Positions 1 to 10,315 of a stretch of 64,000 nucleotides of DNA are shown in pieces. Numbering within the stretch: position 1 is the first letter of the stretch; each line of letters begins with the position of its first letter. The translations under genes were made by a program, and so were the position numbers. Under the pieces are notes generated by a model, which did not search any database, was not told where the DNA came from, and was given only the letters and a program-made list of their open reading frames with translations. This DNA comes from Escherichia phage ECML-123-2, in sequence record OL631480. One strand, given 5' to 3'.

Positions 1-2178
1 TTAGGCCGCAAGGGCCTTCATAGTTTTAGCGATTTGAGAAACTTCATCATCACTTAAAGAGTTGCGATATCCGATGAAGTCGGAAACAATACGGAATTTC
101 TTGGTAAACTCAGCAACCATTTTATCACTGTTTTTTGAAGCATTATTTGATAATACATCAAAAAGATTAGTTACTGTCCAGATGTCATGACCGATGGTAT
201 CTTTTCCACCATTAAAATATACACCGCGCAATGAACTAACTATATTAGCGAGTCGTGTATATTCTTCAGAAACTTCATCTGTACTGAAGTACTTCATCAT
301 AAAATCTAGTTCAGGATACTTGATAATTTTATCAATATATCGTTGAGCTGAACTTGAATAACCTACGTACTTATCATAATCTACATCATCAAAAGCATCT
401 ACATATAAATCACGCAGAGTTTCAAAAATACATTGGCACTGACCGAGTTCTTTTACCTTTTTCTGCAAAAGCGGACGAATAACATAAAACTCATTAATGC
501 CAATAAGATTAGCCATACGAATCAAAATATTCATAGATGGATGACAAAGAGATGTAGTACCATCCATAGAGAAAATATCAGAACGATGCATATACGCTAC
601 ATACCCAGTAATTTCATCTGCTTCTGATGTGAGCGTAAATAATTCCTCTTTTTCCCAGCGCCCGTCTTTAATTTCAAACTTAAATGCTGTAGCAGCTTTA
701 GGACGAGGAGCTTTACTTTTAACTACCTTTGGAATATAGCTTTTAACTAAAGCTTCAATTTCTGACAAATAATGAATGTTAACTTCATCACTTTCAAACA
801 TCGCCATAATATCAGGAAGCAAATCAATCTGCGATTCTACTTCTGGATTAATAAACAGAAGGCGTTCGTTGTGATGAATATTCAAAGTGTTATTAAATTC
901 ACTATCATCTAACGCATGTGCTAATCCACGGACAATATTAACACGATTTTTAATATTATCAATAACGATATTAATTTTTGTTGCATTAATACCAAACAGA
1001 CGATAACTTGATGCAACGGCTGAAGTTTCATGACTTTGCTTAATGCGCTTCAGTCGAGGGTCAAGATTTACTTCATACACAACTCCTGCATTGCATAACT
1101 TACTATCAGGTTCAAACATGCTTTGCATCTTCTTATATGACAGATTTTTAGTCGTAAATTTGACTGAATTACTAATCATATAATCTCGAGCAGAATACCC
1201 CATCTTCATCAATTCACGATATGTATGACGGGGAGATGTGGATTCTTTAAATCGTTTTACATCTTCATTAAATGCTTTCTCACTGAGTTCTTTAACTCGT
1301 TCAATAATATTTTTACGAGTACGATCATCCAGTGAAAGAGCCTCGCGAGATGGAGCAATATCAAGTGAACCCATTGGAAACTTAATGTAATTCACTTCAT
1401 TGCGAATGCTTAGCCAGTTACGGTCTCTAATAACACCATCGATAGGATAAACAATACCGCCATAGATAGCATATAATCCACCACGATCAGGCCAGTATCT
1501 TTCTGGATTTACACCGTAATAGTCATCAAAATCCGGAAAATAATCAATTTCGCGGTCAAGACCATTAATGATAGCCAAATCTTTGAATGGTCGCATGATA
1601 TAAGAAACTTCATAAGCAAAGTTTCTAAAGTCTTTTTCTTCAACTGGAACTACGATTTCAATACCAGTTTTATCATCTGGACCCATTTCTTTTACGAATG
1701 TAGGTTTAATCTGTGGGCCATCACCATCCATGTAAGCTACATAACCACGAATTTCACCTTTATGATACGAAGTAATACTAAACGTATCAGTATAACTAAA
1801 CGGAGATTTAGAACCTAAACCAAATCCGCCAATAAAGTCATTAGATTCAGCCTTAGATGAACTGAAGTATGAATTATATAACCCAGGAGAATTATCATCA
1901 CCCTGAATATCAAAATCACTCATACCCGGACCAAAATCTCGACAAACAAATCGCGGATCTAATCGTCCTGGAACTTGTATGATAAATTTTTCAGGATTTC
2001 CATTAAGTGCATGGGCATCAATCATATTAGTAATTAATTCACGGACTACTGCACGAATCTTGTTTGTATACAAATCAGATGACAGAATTTTAAATACTTT
2101 AGGAGATGCTGTGATGCTAAATGCTTTTGATTTAGAACCATTGCCAAGAATTGTTTCTTTTTCAGTGGTGATAATCAT
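1..2178 (-). CDS. rIIA: rIIA protein (membrane-associated lysis-inhibition/exclusion protein), complete 725 aa, stop codon at window edge
   Basis: 725-aa ORF; length and sequence match recalled T4 rIIA; sits next to topoisomerase gene 39 as in T4. Confidence 0.93.
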   Translation of the reverse strand: MIITTEKETILGNGSKSKAFSITASPKVFKILSSDLYTNKIRAVVRELITNMIDAHALNGNPEKFIIQVPGRLDPRFVCRDFGPGMSDFDIQGDDNSPGLYNSYFSSSKAESNDFIGGFGLGSKSPFSYTDTFSITSYHKGEIRGYVAYMDGDGPQIKPTFVKEMGPDDKTGIEIVVPVEEKDFRNFAYEVSYIMRPFKDLAIINGLDREIDYFPDFDDYYGVNPERYWPDRGGLYAIYGGIVYPIDGVIRDRNWLSIRNEVNYIKFPMGSLDIAPSREALSLDDRTRKNIIERVKELSEKAFNEDVKRFKESTSPRHTYRELMKMGYSARDYMISNSVKFTTKNLSYKKMQSMFEPDSKLCNAGVVYEVNLDPRLKRIKQSHETSAVASSYRLFGINATKINIVIDNIKNRVNIVRGLAHALDDSEFNNTLNIHHNERLLFINPEVESQIDLLPDIMAMFESDEVNIHYLSEIEALVKSYIPKVVKSKAPRPKAATAFKFEIKDGRWEKEELFTLTSEADEITGYVAYMHRSDIFSMDGTTSLCHPSMNILIRMANLIGINEFYVIRPLLQKKVKELGQCQCIFETLRDLYVDAFDDVDYDKYVGYSSSAQRYIDKIIKYPELDFMMKYFSTDEVSEEYTRLANIVSSLRGVYFNGGKDTIGHDIWTVTNLFDVLSNNASKNSDKMVAEFTKKFRIVSDFIGYRNSLSDDEVSQIAKTMKALAA

Positions 2179-2188
2179 AATTTCCTCA

Positions 2189-2392
2189 TTAATTCATATT
2201 ACGTTTAATAACTTCGGCAACTTCTAGTAGTTCATCTTTAGTTGCGGTATCGGATTGAATTTTATCTCTAATATCCTTAAAGCGGTTTTTAAATTCTTCG
2301 GCTTCTCCCATATCGAAAAAGCGTTGAATGATTCTATATTCTCGATGAACTGCTTTATCAAAAAGTTCTAAATTTACTTTATATGATTTCAT
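2189..2392 (-). CDS. small hypothetical protein at the rIIA.1 position
   Basis: 67-aa ORF with ATG start, SD gaggat upstream, early promoter just upstream. Confidence 0.6.
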   Translation of the reverse strand: MKSYKVNLELFDKAVHREYRIIQRFFDMGEAEEFKNRFKDIRDKIQSDTATKDELLEVAEVIKRNMN

Positions 2393-2417
2393 TTCAATAT
2401 CCTCATTTGCCCAATTA

Positions 2418-2447
2418 ATTATACCACATCCTTGTGGTAAAGTAAAC
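2418..2447 (-). promoter_or_regulatory. T4-type early promoter (minus strand: GTTTAC, 18 bp, TATAAT)
   Basis: minus-strand reading GTTTACtttaccacaaggatgtggTATAAT, about 25 bp upstream of the rIIA.1 start. Confidence 0.5.
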
Positions 2448-4264
2448 TACTGGCTCATCCATTCTTTACGAAGGTCAGCATTATCTCCCATGAGCATTTC
2501 AAAAAGCTCTTTCCAGTTCTCAGGAAGTTTAACAACATCATATACTGGGTTTTGAATCATCTCACGATATTCAGATTTTTCCAAAGAGCCAAGTCCTTTA
2601 ATATAACGGATGCTATGTTTAGGTAGAGCATCTTTGGCACTCTCATATTCAGCGACTGTATAAAACCATTCTTGTTTTTTACCGACCTGAGCGATGATTA
2701 CAGGAGTTTTGACAAAGCGAATTCGTCCTTGCTCAAACAATTCTGGCCAATTACTAAAAAACCCGAGCAGAGAAGGATAAATGCTTCCTAGACCATCATG
2801 GTCAGCATCGGTCATAATAGCAATATTATGATAATTCAAGTTTTCAGCTTTTTCACCAAGAACTAATCCAGTGATTGCGCAAATATCAAACAGTTCTTTG
2901 TTTTTAAGCATGTCAGCATATGACATACCCCAACTGTTGAGAACTTTACCACGTAATGGATAACCACCGTGAAGTTCTTTATCACGAACATCAATAAGAT
3001 ATCCGATAGCCGAATCACCCTCAGTCAAGAAAAGAGTAGTGTCAGCATCTTTACCACAAAGATTCGCTTTGATATGTTTATGAACCTTAGCTTTAGAAGC
3101 CTTTTTAGCTGCTTTAGTTTCTGCTGCTTTTTCTGCCGCCAATTTACGAGCCAAAGCAGCTTCAATAATCGGCATTAGAATTGCTTCATTATTTAGAATA
3201 GCACGTGAAATCTTTTTAGCATCAAGCTGAATATGACTACGGATTTCACCAAATGGAGAAGTCAAACGCTCTTTAGTTTGAGAATCAAATCGCATGTTTT
3301 TCATATCACGAACAAACATAACGATAGTCAAACATTCTTTAACACGTGCTTTAGTTACATCAATTTTGAACTTACGTTTGATTTGTGGAATAAGGTCTTC
3401 ACAAATATCATCCATAACACAGTCAATGTGATGGCCACCATTCTTAGTATGAATGTTATTAACGTATGTTAATTGACGAAAACCATCCGGTGAACGACCA
3501 ACCGCAATAGAACAATTTTCTTGTTCTTGAACAATAGCATGCTCATCATATTGGCGTGCATATTTCTTAAAATTGCCCTGAACCTTTTTACCATTAAAGG
3601 TAAATTGAATATCAGGATAAACTACTGCGAGTGTCTGGAGACGGTCCAGTGTAATGTCAAGATAAACCTGAGACAGCTCATTAGTTTCAAATGACATAAA
3701 ATCAGGAATGAAAGTAACACGAGTTCCTTTCCATTTTCCAGGAATATCTTCCCATGATTTATTTTCCATGCCATTTGAACAACGAACTACAATATTATTT
3801 TGACCATCACCAGTTTCACCGACAAACATCACAGAAAAAATGTTTGTCAAACTAGAACCAACACCATTCATACCGCCAGTGACACGTTCTTTATCATCAC
3901 CAAAGTTACCACCTGCTTTTGGAATAGTCCATGCAGCAACTGGACCAGGAATTTCTTCACCGGTAGGTGTTTTAACCATCGCTTGTGGAATACCGCGACC
4001 GTTATCTTCAACTGTTACCTGATTATTTTTAATGGTAACATTAATTTTATTTGCGAATTTAAACTTAGTACGAATACCTTCATCTACTGAGTTATCGATA
4101 ATTTCATCAATAAGCTTAACAAGACCAGGTACATACTGAACACTTTCCCATTTACCAAACAGAAAGCGCTCATGCATTTCATTAGCAGAAGAGCCAATAT
4201 ACATGCCGCTACGCTTTTTGATATGTTCAATATCGCTCAGAATTTTAATTTCATTCTTAATCAT
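2447..4264 (-). CDS. 39: DNA topoisomerase II large subunit, genes 39 and 60 fused in one ORF
   Basis: ORF starts MIKNEIKILSDIEHIKKRSGMYIGS (GHKL ATPase, GyrB-like); about 605 aa is roughly T4 gp39 plus gp60; track start is GTG, first ATG at 4264. Confidence 0.92.
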   Translation of the reverse strand: MIKNEIKILSDIEHIKKRSGMYIGSSANEMHERFLFGKWESVQYVPGLVKLIDEIIDNSVDEGIRTKFKFANKINVTIKNNQVTVEDNGRGIPQAMVKTPTGEEIPGPVAAWTIPKAGGNFGDDKERVTGGMNGVGSSLTNIFSVMFVGETGDGQNNIVVRCSNGMENKSWEDIPGKWKGTRVTFIPDFMSFETNELSQVYLDITLDRLQTLAVVYPDIQFTFNGKKVQGNFKKYARQYDEHAIVQEQENCSIAVGRSPDGFRQLTYVNNIHTKNGGHHIDCVMDDICEDLIPQIKRKFKIDVTKARVKECLTIVMFVRDMKNMRFDSQTKERLTSPFGEIRSHIQLDAKKISRAILNNEAILMPIIEAALARKLAAEKAAETKAAKKASKAKVHKHIKANLCGKDADTTLFLTEGDSAIGYLIDVRDKELHGGYPLRGKVLNSWGMSYADMLKNKELFDICAITGLVLGEKAENLNYHNIAIMTDADHDGLGSIYPSLLGFFSNWPELFEQGRIRFVKTPVIIAQVGKKQEWFYTVAEYESAKDALPKHSIRYIKGLGSLEKSEYREMIQNPVYDVVKLPENWKELFEMLMGDNADLRKEWMSQ

Positions 4265-4291
4265 CACTTATCCTCGTTTGGTTTCGGGAAT

Positions 4292-4317
4292 ATTATACTC
4301 CGGTAATCATAAAGCTA
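4292..4317 (-). promoter_or_regulatory. MotA-dependent middle promoter candidate for gene 39
   Basis: minus-strand aGCTTTA (MotA-box-like), 12 bp, TATAAT; about 30 bp upstream of start. Confidence 0.45.
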
Positions 4318-4336
4318 AAGGCCCGAAGGCCTTTTA
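4314..4336 (-). terminator. stem-loop with UUCG tetraloop after upstream lipoprotein gene
   Basis: aaaggcccgaaggccttt palindrome directly 3' of the stop at 4334. Confidence 0.5.
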
Positions 4337-4603
4337 TTTAAAACGAATAGTTGAATCCTTAAAGAACAGCCCAGAACATACTGTTCCTTCTACTTTCTGC
4401 CCAGTAGGTCCAATAGCACGAAATCCAGTATGTTGGAAATCATTTTCAGAACAACCGAACCAGTTATATCCAGTGATTTCAATATTAGTAAAACCGCTTG
4501 AAGACAAAACTTTGGTTGCATTATCAGCATCAGTACATCCTACTAAAGACACTGCTAATACTAATGCTGCGATAGAACGATTAATATATTTCATAATTTT
4601 CAC
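4334..4603 (-). CDS. small predicted lipoprotein
   Basis: 89-aa ORF; N-terminus MKIMKYINRSIAALVLAVSLVGC looks like a signal peptide with lipobox. Confidence 0.6.
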   Translation of the reverse strand: MKIMKYINRSIAALVLAVSLVGCTDADNATKVLSSSGFTNIEITGYNWFGCSENDFQHTGFRAIGPTGQKVEGTVCSGLFFKDSTIRFK

Positions 4604-4824
4604 TTAAATTTAATGGCTTGAAGAAGACTAATAACTCTCAAGCGGCTTCTTTCATCTTTAACTGTAAAAGAAAGAGGGTCACCAGATTTCATAGTGATAG
4701 TGCATTCAAAAGCAAAACCTTCGGGAACTTCTTCGAAGAAGTCAAATTCTTCATCATAAATTAGAACATTACTCTGCATACTGTGAAGAATTTTTCCGTC
4801 ATTTCCAGATGCTGTACTAATCAT
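4600..4824 (-). CDS. hypothetical protein
   Basis: 74-aa ORF, start overlaps upstream stop (ATGA coupling). Confidence 0.5.
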   Translation of the reverse strand: MISTASGNDGKILHSMQSNVLIYDEEFDFFEEVPEGFAFECTITMKSGDPLSFTVKDERSRLRVISLLQAIKFK

Positions 4825-4973
4825 TGTGTAACGTTATTACCTTTCATATCTTCAACGATAAATTCGCTTGTAGATATTACAACATTAATAGAACCATTCC
4901 TATAAATAGCAGAAAATAGATATTTCTTTTCTTCACCTTCGCGAATGCGATATTTCTTACCGATTTTAAACAT
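4821..4973 (-). CDS. small hypothetical protein (about 50 aa), not in ORF track
   Basis: ORF MFKIGKKYRIREGEEKKYLFSAIYRNGSINVVISTSEFIVEDMKGNNVTQ; stop overlaps downstream ATG. Confidence 0.35.
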   Translation of the reverse strand: MFKIGKKYRIREGEEKKYLFSAIYRNGSINVVISTSEFIVEDMKGNNVTQ

Positions 4974-4975
4974 AA

Positions 4976-5152
4976 TTACCCTTTAAGTAAGTCGTAAAAT
5001 CCGCCATTCACATGCTTAGGGGCAGAGACTAACCGAATAGCAATCCGATGACAATCAGGACATACATCAGTATCTCTTTCAGAAATTTTCTTGATTTTTT
5101 CGTATTCTTTTGCGCAGTCTTTTGATTGACATTTATAATCATAAAGCGGCAT
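4976..5152 (-). CDS. small zinc-ribbon protein (58 aa), not in ORF track
   Basis: MPLYDYKCQSKDCAKEYEKIKKISERDTDVCPDCHRIAIR... with two CxxC pairs, hand-translated from minus strand. Confidence 0.5.
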   Translation of the reverse strand: MPLYDYKCQSKDCAKEYEKIKKISERDTDVCPDCHRIAIRLVSAPKHVNGGFYDLLKG

Positions 5153-5154
5153 AA

Positions 5155-5568
5155 TTATTCCTTAAAGTGAGCTTTCAACATCTGATACAAGGACCATGCC
5201 TGTTCATCATTTTCAATAGTAACTTTCATTACAGGGAATTTAGATTGATCAGTTATCGGTGCAGATTCTTCCTGCTCTTCAGCTGCCTGGTATGGATTTT
5301 CAACTTCATTAAAGAATTCAGCTTCATTCGATGAAAGCCAAATAAAATCTTCATCCAAAATATCTTTACCAGAAGATAGTACTAAATTTCCAGCAAATGA
5401 CATAATTTTAATAGGACGCCCAAGAGCATCCACATCTAAAATTTTAAAAGGATGCATACCTAAACGGCGTGCATAGATTCCGTTATCAGTATGGTCTTTA
5501 ATAAAATTTTCTTGAGCTTGTTTATTTTTAAATTGATACCATTTATTAACTTCAAATTTAATAGCCAT
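5155..5568 (-). CDS. hypothetical protein
   Basis: 137-aa ORF, acidic C-terminal half, tightly packed with neighbours. Confidence 0.55.
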   Translation of the reverse strand: MAIKFEVNKWYQFKNKQAQENFIKDHTDNGIYARRLGMHPFKILDVDALGRPIKIMSFAGNLVLSSGKDILDEDFIWLSSNEAEFFNEVENPYQAAEEQEESAPITDQSKFPVMKVTIENDEQAWSLYQMLKAHFKE

Positions 5569-5786
5569 TAATAAATTTCCTTCCAGTAAGTTGTGCCATC
5601 TTCAGTGATTTCACGAAATACACCGTAAATTGGTTGTTTATCCCCAACCTTTTCATACACATAAACCGAAGTCAAGTGAGTAAACTTAGCAGTGTGTTCC
5701 TTTTGAACTACTACCAAATCTGGATCGAATAATACATCTTCAAATTCATCATTAGTGCAATTCTGAACAATTTTACGTTTCATCAT
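5568..5786 (-). CDS. hypothetical protein
   Basis: 72-aa ORF starting MMKRKIV with upstream SD gaggaaat. Confidence 0.5.
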   Translation of the reverse strand: MMKRKIVQNCTNDEFEDVLFDPDLVVVQKEHTAKFTHLTSVYVYEKVGDKQPIYGVFREITEDGTTYWKEIY

Positions 5787-5839
5787 AATTTCCTCATTAA
5801 TTGAACATTGGAGCGATGCGTTTCAGAAGAGTATCAGCG

Positions 5840-5849
5840 NNNNNNNNNN
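5840..5849. other. assembly gap (run of 10 N)
   Basis: literal nnnnnnnnnn in the sequence. Confidence 0.97.
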
Positions 5850-6358
5850 TGATAAAAATCTTTATGTGTAAAGAATGGACTGATATAAGCAGTGTTTTCT
5901 CCTGGGTCAACAGGTCTAATTTGCTTATTATCACCTATTCCAATTATAGTACACCACGGCGGGATAGTTGAAAGCAGAATTTTAAATAGCTTTCTATCAT
6001 ACATTGACACTTCATCGCAGATTAATACTCTGCATTTAGCTAAATCTGGTACTTCCTTCTGCTCAAAGAGGACATTTTCTTCATATGTTACCGGGTTAAT
6101 TTTGAGAATACTGTGAATAGTACTCGCTTCTTTCCCTGATAGTTTTGAAAGAATCTTTTTAGCTGCATGAGTAGGAGCTGCTAAAATAATGCCAGTTTCG
6201 CCCGTAGATATTAAGGCTTCAATGATGAACTTAGTAAGAGTAGTCTTACCAGTACCAGCAGGTCCATTAATAGTTACATGATGTTTCTTTTCTTTAATAG
6301 CCCTCATAACGATGTTAAAGGCATTTTTCTGGCCTTCAGTCAAATCATCAAATGTCAT
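5850..6358 (-). CDS. dda: Dda DNA helicase, N-terminal fragment cut off by the assembly gap
   Basis: MTFDDLTEGQKNAFNIVM...GPAGTGKTT (Walker A) matches recalled T4 Dda N-terminus; reading frame runs into the N-run after ...THKDFY. Confidence 0.85.
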
Positions 6359-6666
6359 CGTAAATTCCCTGCAATTGGTATACTAACAATACGCCCAGTA
6401 TCTAAAATTCGCCGATATAATCTTTGTGTGTCTACATCAGGCTTAACATGTTTAACTTCTATTTTATTAAACCAAAACTTGCGTGGAGTCTCAACTAATC
6501 TCGGAATTCCCATACCTAAAGCTAGTCGATACTGCTCTTTAAGAGTGGTAAATACTTTATCAGCAATCTCCCTTTCAAAAAATACAGCAGGACGATGTTC
6601 ATCAAGTGGAACTGGCGCCGTAAATCCGTCTTTGTCTCGGTAAACTATCGCATATACATAAACCAT
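6355..6666 (-). CDS. hypothetical protein at the dda.1 position
   Basis: 103-aa ORF, start overlaps upstream gene stop. Confidence 0.55.
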   Translation of the reverse strand: MVYVYAIVYRDKDGFTAPVPLDEHRPAVFFEREIADKVFTTLKEQYRLALGMGIPRLVETPRKFWFNKIEVKHVKPDVDTQRLYRRILDTGRIVSIPIAGNLR

Positions 6667-6667
6667 A

Positions 6668-7414
6668 TTATCCTCGGATAAGTTTAAAAATTGAACAATT
6701 TAACGGGTATCCTCTTTTCAGTTTAAGTTTATCAATAAAAGACAAGTTTTGATACCGCTCTACACCTTGAATAATTTTATCACACATATCATATTGCATT
6801 TCTGCTTCTGACAACTTTTTCACAGTTTTCCAATCAGAGCCTTTAAGAAGAACGTTCAATTTAACAACTTCAGCGCCTTCTGCTATACGAGAACCATCAA
6901 TACGAGCTTTGAGTGCTACAATCGTTAGCTTAACGTCAGAGGTTTGTTTTGATTTAGAAAGCCGAGAAATGTGTTCAATTCGGTTTTCACGTTTTTTCTG
7001 TATAGCTTTAATTTGATTATAAGTCTTTTTGATTTTAGCCCATTTCTTTTCATCTAAATTTAGTTTATGAACTTTTTTCGCAGATGAACGACCAATTCGC
7101 AAAGCAAATAAATCACGCTTTTCAATCAGCTCTTCTAAAGTATAATCAGAACGAAATGTATTATACTTTTTCTTTACTGCAATAACATTCCCTTTAATGT
7201 ATCCAACGTTATTATCAAAACGTTCTAATGATAATTTCTCTCCTTCAATACGATTATCAAAAGGTTCTCCCGAGTAAGCACAAACTTTTTGATCTAAAAT
7301 GTTCTTAATGTAATTGAAGTCTAAGTTAAAATCTTTAGAACGTCTTTTAGCAGATGCCTGAGTATGCTCTAGACGACGTTTAATTTTACGAATTTGATTA
7401 TTAGACAGCTTCAT
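6668..7414 (-). CDS. hypothetical early protein; position and size fit T4 srd, identity not verified
   Basis: 248-aa basic ORF between dda.1 and modA. Confidence 0.5.
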   Translation of the reverse strand: MKLSNNQIRKIKRRLEHTQASAKRRSKDFNLDFNYIKNILDQKVCAYSGEPFDNRIEGEKLSLERFDNNVGYIKGNVIAVKKKYNTFRSDYTLEELIEKRDLFALRIGRSSAKKVHKLNLDEKKWAKIKKTYNQIKAIQKKRENRIEHISRLSKSKQTSDVKLTIVALKARIDGSRIAEGAEVVKLNVLLKGSDWKTVKKLSEAEMQYDMCDKIIQGVERYQNLSFIDKLKLKRGYPLNCSIFKLIRG

Positions 7415-7450
7415 ATTTTTCTCACATCTTACGGACGGTTAACTACTTAT

Positions 7451-7480
7451 ACTATAACATTTTTACCTTAACTTGTAAAC
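7451..7480 (-). promoter_or_regulatory. T4-type early promoter
   Basis: minus GTTTACaagttaaggtaaaaatgtTATAGT upstream of 6668..7414. Confidence 0.5.
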
Positions 7481-7537
7481 AACTTTATGTAAAAATGCTT
7501 TAAAACTTTCATGGTATAATGAATCTAAGTCCTTCCA

Positions 7538-8140
7538 TTATAGATTAAATCCTTCAAAATCAAGAGTATAGATAGTGTATGTTGAATACTTTTTGTACTC
7601 ATATCTATCTGCAATTCTAAATACACTTCCAGCTGGTATCATTACTTCTTGTTCATCTGAAACTAATTCCATATTACGATAACGATGGCTATCTGGAAAC
7701 TTAAAGTTTGGATTGTATTCTTTACAGCGTAGAGCTTTTATAGCATACTCCTGGAAATTGAATACCATAGGAGCTTTGAATTCAAAAATAACTTGTGTGT
7801 TATACTCTAAACCAGAAGCAAAATGCAGAGCTATATTTTTATCATATGAAGCTGATACTACTTTATCAAATGTAATAATATCAATTCCTTGATTTAATAC
7901 TTGCTTAGTCTCAGCTGGAACACCTCTCCAAAGAGGTTTATCGTTTGGAACCAAACGAGATTTGATTATTTCATTTAACCAAGTATGGTCATCTGGTTTG
8001 TTGGTAATACAATGAATTAAAAGTTCAATTTCAGATAAATTAAATCCTTCAGAAAGTAATTCTTCACGAATAGAAGCACGCACCGATGCATCCATTGATT
8101 TTATTTTAAAATCTTTTAGTTGCATTACTGAGTATTTCAT
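7538..8140 (-). CDS. modA: ADP-ribosyltransferase ModA
   Basis: 200-aa ORF at the T4 modA position with R...S...ExE-like motifs (LWRGVP, SASYD, EQEVMIPAG). Confidence 0.8.
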   Translation of the reverse strand: MKYSVMQLKDFKIKSMDASVRASIREELLSEGFNLSEIELLIHCITNKPDDHTWLNEIIKSRLVPNDKPLWRGVPAETKQVLNQGIDIITFDKVVSASYDKNIALHFASGLEYNTQVIFEFKAPMVFNFQEYAIKALRCKEYNPNFKFPDSHRYRNMELVSDEQEVMIPAGSVFRIADRYEYKKYSTYTIYTLDFEGFNL

Positions 8141-8757
8141 TCAACTACCTCAATATCATAAACTTTAAATGTTCCAAATGAATCGTGTAATTTTTCTTTT
8201 GAAATAGAAGTTATTCTATACTTTCCAATTGGAATCATCCATTCTTGTTCACGCACAATCATCATTAAGTTATCAGTACGCTCTGAATCTAATCCATCAG
8301 TATCTTCATACGTGTACTTAAACTCAGTATTAGGAGAAGAAAGTATAATATCGCTGATATGGTCAGAATAATTAAAAGCTTTATCAGTTTTTAAGCGAAA
8401 TATTATTTCAGTGAAATACACATAAGAAAAACCACATGCTATGTGCAAACTAGTAGTAAATGAATCTACCCTGTTCGTTGAAAACACTTCTCCGACTTGT
8501 AAATCTTTAATGAGTTCTTTTGTCGATTTTGATATACCACGATATAGCTGATAAGGTGATTTAGTTAAATGCTTTTTAATGATTTTATTCAACTGCCTAT
8601 GAAGAGCTTCATTCTTTTTAGCTTCCATACATTGCCAAAGAATTGACTGCTCAAAGTCAGTAAATTTTTCACAGACTTTTTTATACATATCATATTGAAA
8701 ATCAACGCTTTCAGCTTTTATAGATAACTGTTCAACATCTGCAAGATTAATAATCAT
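8137..8757 (-). CDS. modB: ADP-ribosyltransferase ModB
   Basis: 206-aa paralog directly upstream of modA (LYRGIS, STNRVD, EQEWMIPIG). Confidence 0.8.
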   Translation of the reverse strand: MIINLADVEQLSIKAESVDFQYDMYKKVCEKFTDFEQSILWQCMEAKKNEALHRQLNKIIKKHLTKSPYQLYRGISKSTKELIKDLQVGEVFSTNRVDSFTTSLHIACGFSYVYFTEIIFRLKTDKAFNYSDHISDIILSSPNTEFKYTYEDTDGLDSERTDNLMMIVREQEWMIPIGKYRITSISKEKLHDSFGTFKVYDIEVVE

Positions 8758-8783
8758 GATAGCCTCCGTATACTTCAGAAGCT

Positions 8784-8813
8784 ATCATATCATCGTTAGA
8801 AAGGAAAGTAAAC
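8784..8813 (-). promoter_or_regulatory. T4-type early promoter for modB
   Basis: minus GTTTACtttcctttctaacgatgaTATGAT. Confidence 0.5.
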
Positions 8814-8824
8814 AACTTTTTGAA

Positions 8825-9007
8825 TTATTTTGCCCAGGGAGCCCAAGGCGGAGGGTCAAGATGGTATGAAGCTAGTTCTTCTAGAAGAGCATCTGGGGCT
8901 TCAATTCCATAATTCTGTAATACTATACGGTACTCTTTCTTATAATCACTAGAATCATTCTGGTTATTCGTAGAATGATTATCTTCTAACATCTCAAATA
9001 AATCCAT
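8825..9007 (-). CDS. hypothetical protein
   Basis: 60-aa ORF. Confidence 0.45.
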   Translation of the reverse strand: MDLFEMLEDNHSTNNQNDSSDYKKEYRIVLQNYGIEAPDALLEELASYHLDPPPWAPWAK

Positions 9008-9015
9008 ATTAATTC

Positions 9016-9486
9016 CTAGCGATAAAAACCAAATTGACGATTAGCTTCAATAATCTTTCTTTCTTCTTCGGACATTCTCCAACGTAGTCCAACATCAAAA
9101 TGAGCCCAGACCATCTTAACAAATGCATTTATATCTTTAATATCTTCAATAATGAATGTTTTACTTTTAGAAGGTTGACTCACTAATTTAACTTTATCAT
9201 CTTCAAACAGGTCAAAAAGACCATATTCATGAGCTCTTTTATAGCCTTTAATAGTTAAAGCTTCAGAAGAAGAAAACGGTGAATCTGTATTCTGCAAAAT
9301 ATCTTCAGTATGCTTTATAATTAGAATAACATTTTCTGGATATTTTCTTTCTTTTATATCTTTAATTAAAAGATCCGGATTTTCTGCTAAAGGAATAATT
9401 AATGAGCATTTTTTATCAAGTGCATTTACTGATTTACCTTCTTTAGACATAAATTCTATTGAATAATGTTTTGCTACTTCAATCAT
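9016..9486 (-). CDS. hypothetical protein
   Basis: 156-aa ORF. Confidence 0.6.
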   Translation of the reverse strand: MIEVAKHYSIEFMSKEGKSVNALDKKCSLIIPLAENPDLLIKDIKERKYPENVILIIKHTEDILQNTDSPFSSSEALTIKGYKRAHEYGLFDLFEDDKVKLVSQPSKSKTFIIEDIKDINAFVKMVWAHFDVGLRWRMSEEERKIIEANRQFGFYR

Positions 9487-9643
9487 GTGATTTCCTTTTG
9501 CCTACTAATGGACCATCGGGAATTTTGTTTTCCTGGATATATTTCTCATTTTCTTCCATCATTTTACTGCCAATTTTAAGAAGCAAATCCAGTGCTTCAT
9601 TTGCTTTTGCTTTAGCCTCTTCTAACGTTATATCTTTGTTCAT
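9479..9643 (-). CDS. small hypothetical protein (54 aa), not in ORF track
   Basis: [25 protein letters not shown]...; start overlaps upstream stop, stop overlaps downstream start. Confidence 0.35.
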   Translation of the reverse strand: MNKDITLEEAKAKANEALDLLLKIGSKMMEENEKYIQENKIPDGPLVGKRKSHD

Positions 9644-9843
9644 GATTTATCACCATAGATGTCTCTCATCAATTTAAGCGCTGAGCGTTCTAATTTCTTT
9701 TCTTTCTCAGCACTAATCATTGATTTCATCCATTCTTCCGATTCGTTCTGCATTTCTTTATTTGCTTGTTCAACCCAACCATCGTCAATATACATTGAGT
9801 TTGGTCTATTGAACCATTCAAGAATCTTCTTGGGAGCTTTCAT
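9640..9843 (-). CDS. hypothetical protein
   Basis: 67-aa ORF. Confidence 0.5.
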   Translation of the reverse strand: MKAPKKILEWFNRPNSMYIDDGWVEQANKEMQNESEEWMKSMISAEKEKKLERSALKLMRDIYGDKS

Positions 9844-10315
9844 TTATTTTACCTAAAACAATAGTAGGAGCATCGTCAAATTTATGAATTTTTAGTAAAT
9901 TTGGATTTAACTTATTCCATAAAGAGGTAATAAAATATGATAGCGCACTTTCGTCCGTAATTATAAATTTATTTCCTTTATCTATTTTCCAATCATATAT
10001 TGAATCATATGAATAGAAGGATAACGGTTTATTATTATAATATGCTTCACTAACATCAATATAGTTAGATTTAGTAAATGCTTGAATTGCCATAAATGGA
10101 GAATTTTGTACAGTTTCAATAATTCCGATCTTTTTAAGTTTTATTTCAACATCTTCTGGAATTGGCATTGAAATAAAATCTTCTACTAGATACATGTTAT
10201 TGTCATATCTTTTATCAATCATTACTGCTACGGTAATTGGAACATCCTTGACAAACGCCATACTAATACTATTGATAGACATTTCAAACAAAATTGCTTC
10301 CATAATTTTCCTCAA
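9818..10315 (-). CDS. hypothetical protein
   Basis: 165-aa ORF. Confidence 0.6.
   Translation of the reverse strand: MRKIMEAILFEMSINSISMAFVKDVPITVAVMIDKRYDNNMYLVEDFISMPIPEDVEIKLKKIGIIETVQNSPFMAIQAFTKSNYIDVSEAYYNNKPLSFYSYDSIYDWKIDKGNKFIITDESALSYFITSLWNKLNPNLLKIHKFDDAPTIVLGKINESSQEDS

Noticed and set aside
433-4607. Plus-strand ORFs of 60-134 aa inside rIIA and topoisomerase 39 (433..627, 1979..2227, 2969..3178, 3233..3472, 3800..4090, 4203..4607)
   Set aside because: Antisense to long, well-supported minus-strand genes, no ribosome binding sites, AT-rich sequence gives open frames by chance
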